From a virus (Duplodnaviria > Caudoviricetes), in the IMG/VR virus record IMGVR_UViG_3300007643_000136, positions 1-25,134 of that record: a DNA stretch of 25,134 nucleotides. One strand, given 5' to 3'. Positions 23,953 to 25,134 of the stretch are shown here, piece by piece (position 1 is the stretch's first letter; each line of letters starts with the position of its first letter). A program made the translations under genes and the position numbers. The notes under the pieces were generated by a model. That model searched no databases. It was not told the origin of the DNA and worked only from the letters and a program-made list of their open reading frames with translations.

Positions 23953-25047
23953 GTGAGCGTATTACAAACAATCCCCTGGTTCTCTGGTCGCGACGGATCC
24001 AAAGGCGTCGAAGATCAACGCCGCTGGGTCAGCGTTTATCGCGTGCAAACCGACGATCCGCTGGACGGCCCGCAAGTGGTGCTCGACAACTACGACGGAC
24101 CCCAACCAGGCGACAGCTACCGCTTCGGTAACGACTTTGATCGGCAGGCGATCTGTCAAGAGATCACGCCGTCGCCAGTCGGCGACAGTCGCCTGGTGTG
24201 GGATGTGGCGGCCAACTTCGCGCCGGCCGAACTCAGCGGCGGAGGGGGAGGCGGTGGCGGCGGCGGCGGCGGTCCTCGCGATAAGAATGGCCGGCGCACC
24301 AATGTTATCGAGCTGATCACCGCCGACCTCTCGGTGAGCAAGAGCAAGATCACCGTACCGGTCGAATCGGCCGTACTGCTGACCGATCTACCGGCCGCCG
24401 GTCGCAAGAAGGGGTCGCGCGGACCGGTCATCAACGCGGCGGGCGAGATCCTGGTGCCGCCGCTGGAAAAGGAAGTCTCCCGCAACGTGTTTCGCACGAG
24501 CCGCTACTTCAAGAAGTTCCCGGACGATCACTTCAACTACACCGATCACGTCAACTCGGACGAATTCACCCTCAAGATCCTTGACCCCAAGTTCTCGCGC
24601 AAATTCGCGAAGTACACCTGCAAGATGGAAAACGTCCTGCCCGCCAAAGTGCTGCTCGGCAACGGTCGCGCCTGGCGGCTCGATTACGAGTTTTTGGAGT
24701 GGCGCAAGCGATCCAGCGACGGCAAAACAATCATCGGCTGGCGGCGTGAAGTGCTCAACACCGGAGAAACGGCGTTGGTCTCCGCCGGCGACTTGGACGC
24801 CGACGGCCAAGAGATCACGACAGAGCGACTGACGGCTATGGGCTACGAGGATGGAGAGCCAGTCGCCGTGCATAGCGTTACCGGTGAGCCGCTTCGCCGC
24901 CGATACGGTGGCTTTCTCGGTACATGGACGAGTCGCATGCCACTCACCAAGTCTGGCAAACCGCTGGCCCTCGGCAAGCCAATCCCGACAATCCTCTACG
25001 GCGTCCACGACGAGACCCCGTTCGCCAAACTGAAGCTAGGAGACTGA
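23953..25047 (+). CDS. Putative distal tail/baseplate protein with Gly12 tract, 364 aa
   Basis: GGAGG RBS, GTG start, directly after the tape measure gene. Confidence 0.7.
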   Translation: MSVLQTIPWFSGRDGSKGVEDQRRWVSVYRVQTDDPLDGPQVVLDNYDGPQPGDSYRFGNDFDRQAICQEITPSPVGDSRLVWDVAANFAPAELSGGGGGGGGGGGGPRDKNGRRTNVIELITADLSVSKSKITVPVESAVLLTDLPAAGRKKGSRGPVINAAGEILVPPLEKEVSRNVFRTSRYFKKFPDDHFNYTDHVNSDEFTLKILDPKFSRKFAKYTCKMENVLPAKVLLGNGRAWRLDYEFLEWRKRSSDGKTIIGWRREVLNTGETALVSAGDLDADGQEITTERLTAMGYEDGEPVAVHSVTGEPLRRRYGGFLGTWTSRMPLTKSGKPLALGKPIPTILYGVHDETPFAKLKLGD

Positions 25048-25054
25048 CGCACCG

Positions 25055-25134
25055 ATGGCACTCGCAAAAACATGGGCCGGCGTCAGCCAGACCGACGCCA
25101 CAACGACCGCCGGCGATTACTCGGTGGCCGATCA
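25055..25134 (+). CDS. Start of the next tail-region gene (partial)
   Basis: AGGAG RBS, ATG 25055, open to the window end (MALAKTWAGVSQTDATTTAGDYSVAD). Confidence 0.6.
   Translation, partial: MALAKTWAGVSQTDATTTAGDYSVAD

Larger units (their letters stand above)
1..25134 (+). mobile_element. Segment of an HK97-like siphovirus genome or prophage (accessory, lysis, packaging, head and tail modules)
   Basis: Co-oriented HNH-terS-terL-portal-protease-capsid-connector-tail tube-chaperone-tape measure order; both ends of the element lie outside the window. Confidence 0.97.

Overview
A high-GC temperate siphovirus or prophage segment, with every credible gene on the + strand. Several small protein families suggest a Planctomycetota host (inference from memory, not searched). 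Bases 1-7356 are an accessory block of translationally coupled genes: a RimI-like GNAT acetyltransferase, several Cys/Zn-finger proteins, and a large ParB/Noc-like protein. An AT-richer intergenic region and an HTH-Zn-ribbon regulator follow. Next is a putative lysis cassette in which a papain-like C1 peptidase sits where the endolysin normally is. The rest is an HK97-type packaging and morphogenesis module: HNH, cos region, TerS, TerL, portal, ClpP-type protease, major capsid, decoration protein, head-tail joining genes, tail tube, G/GT chaperone with a -1 frameshift, tape measure and a distal tail protein. The strongest unexplained signal is a palindrome, RTTTCC-NN-GGAAAY, found five times across the window (2850, 8782, 15114, 17761, 22036). 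It closely resembles the Noc-binding site/parS family and co-occurs with a phage ParB-like protein that has non-canonical CTPase residues. No integrase, tRNA, rRNA or CRISPR array was seen.
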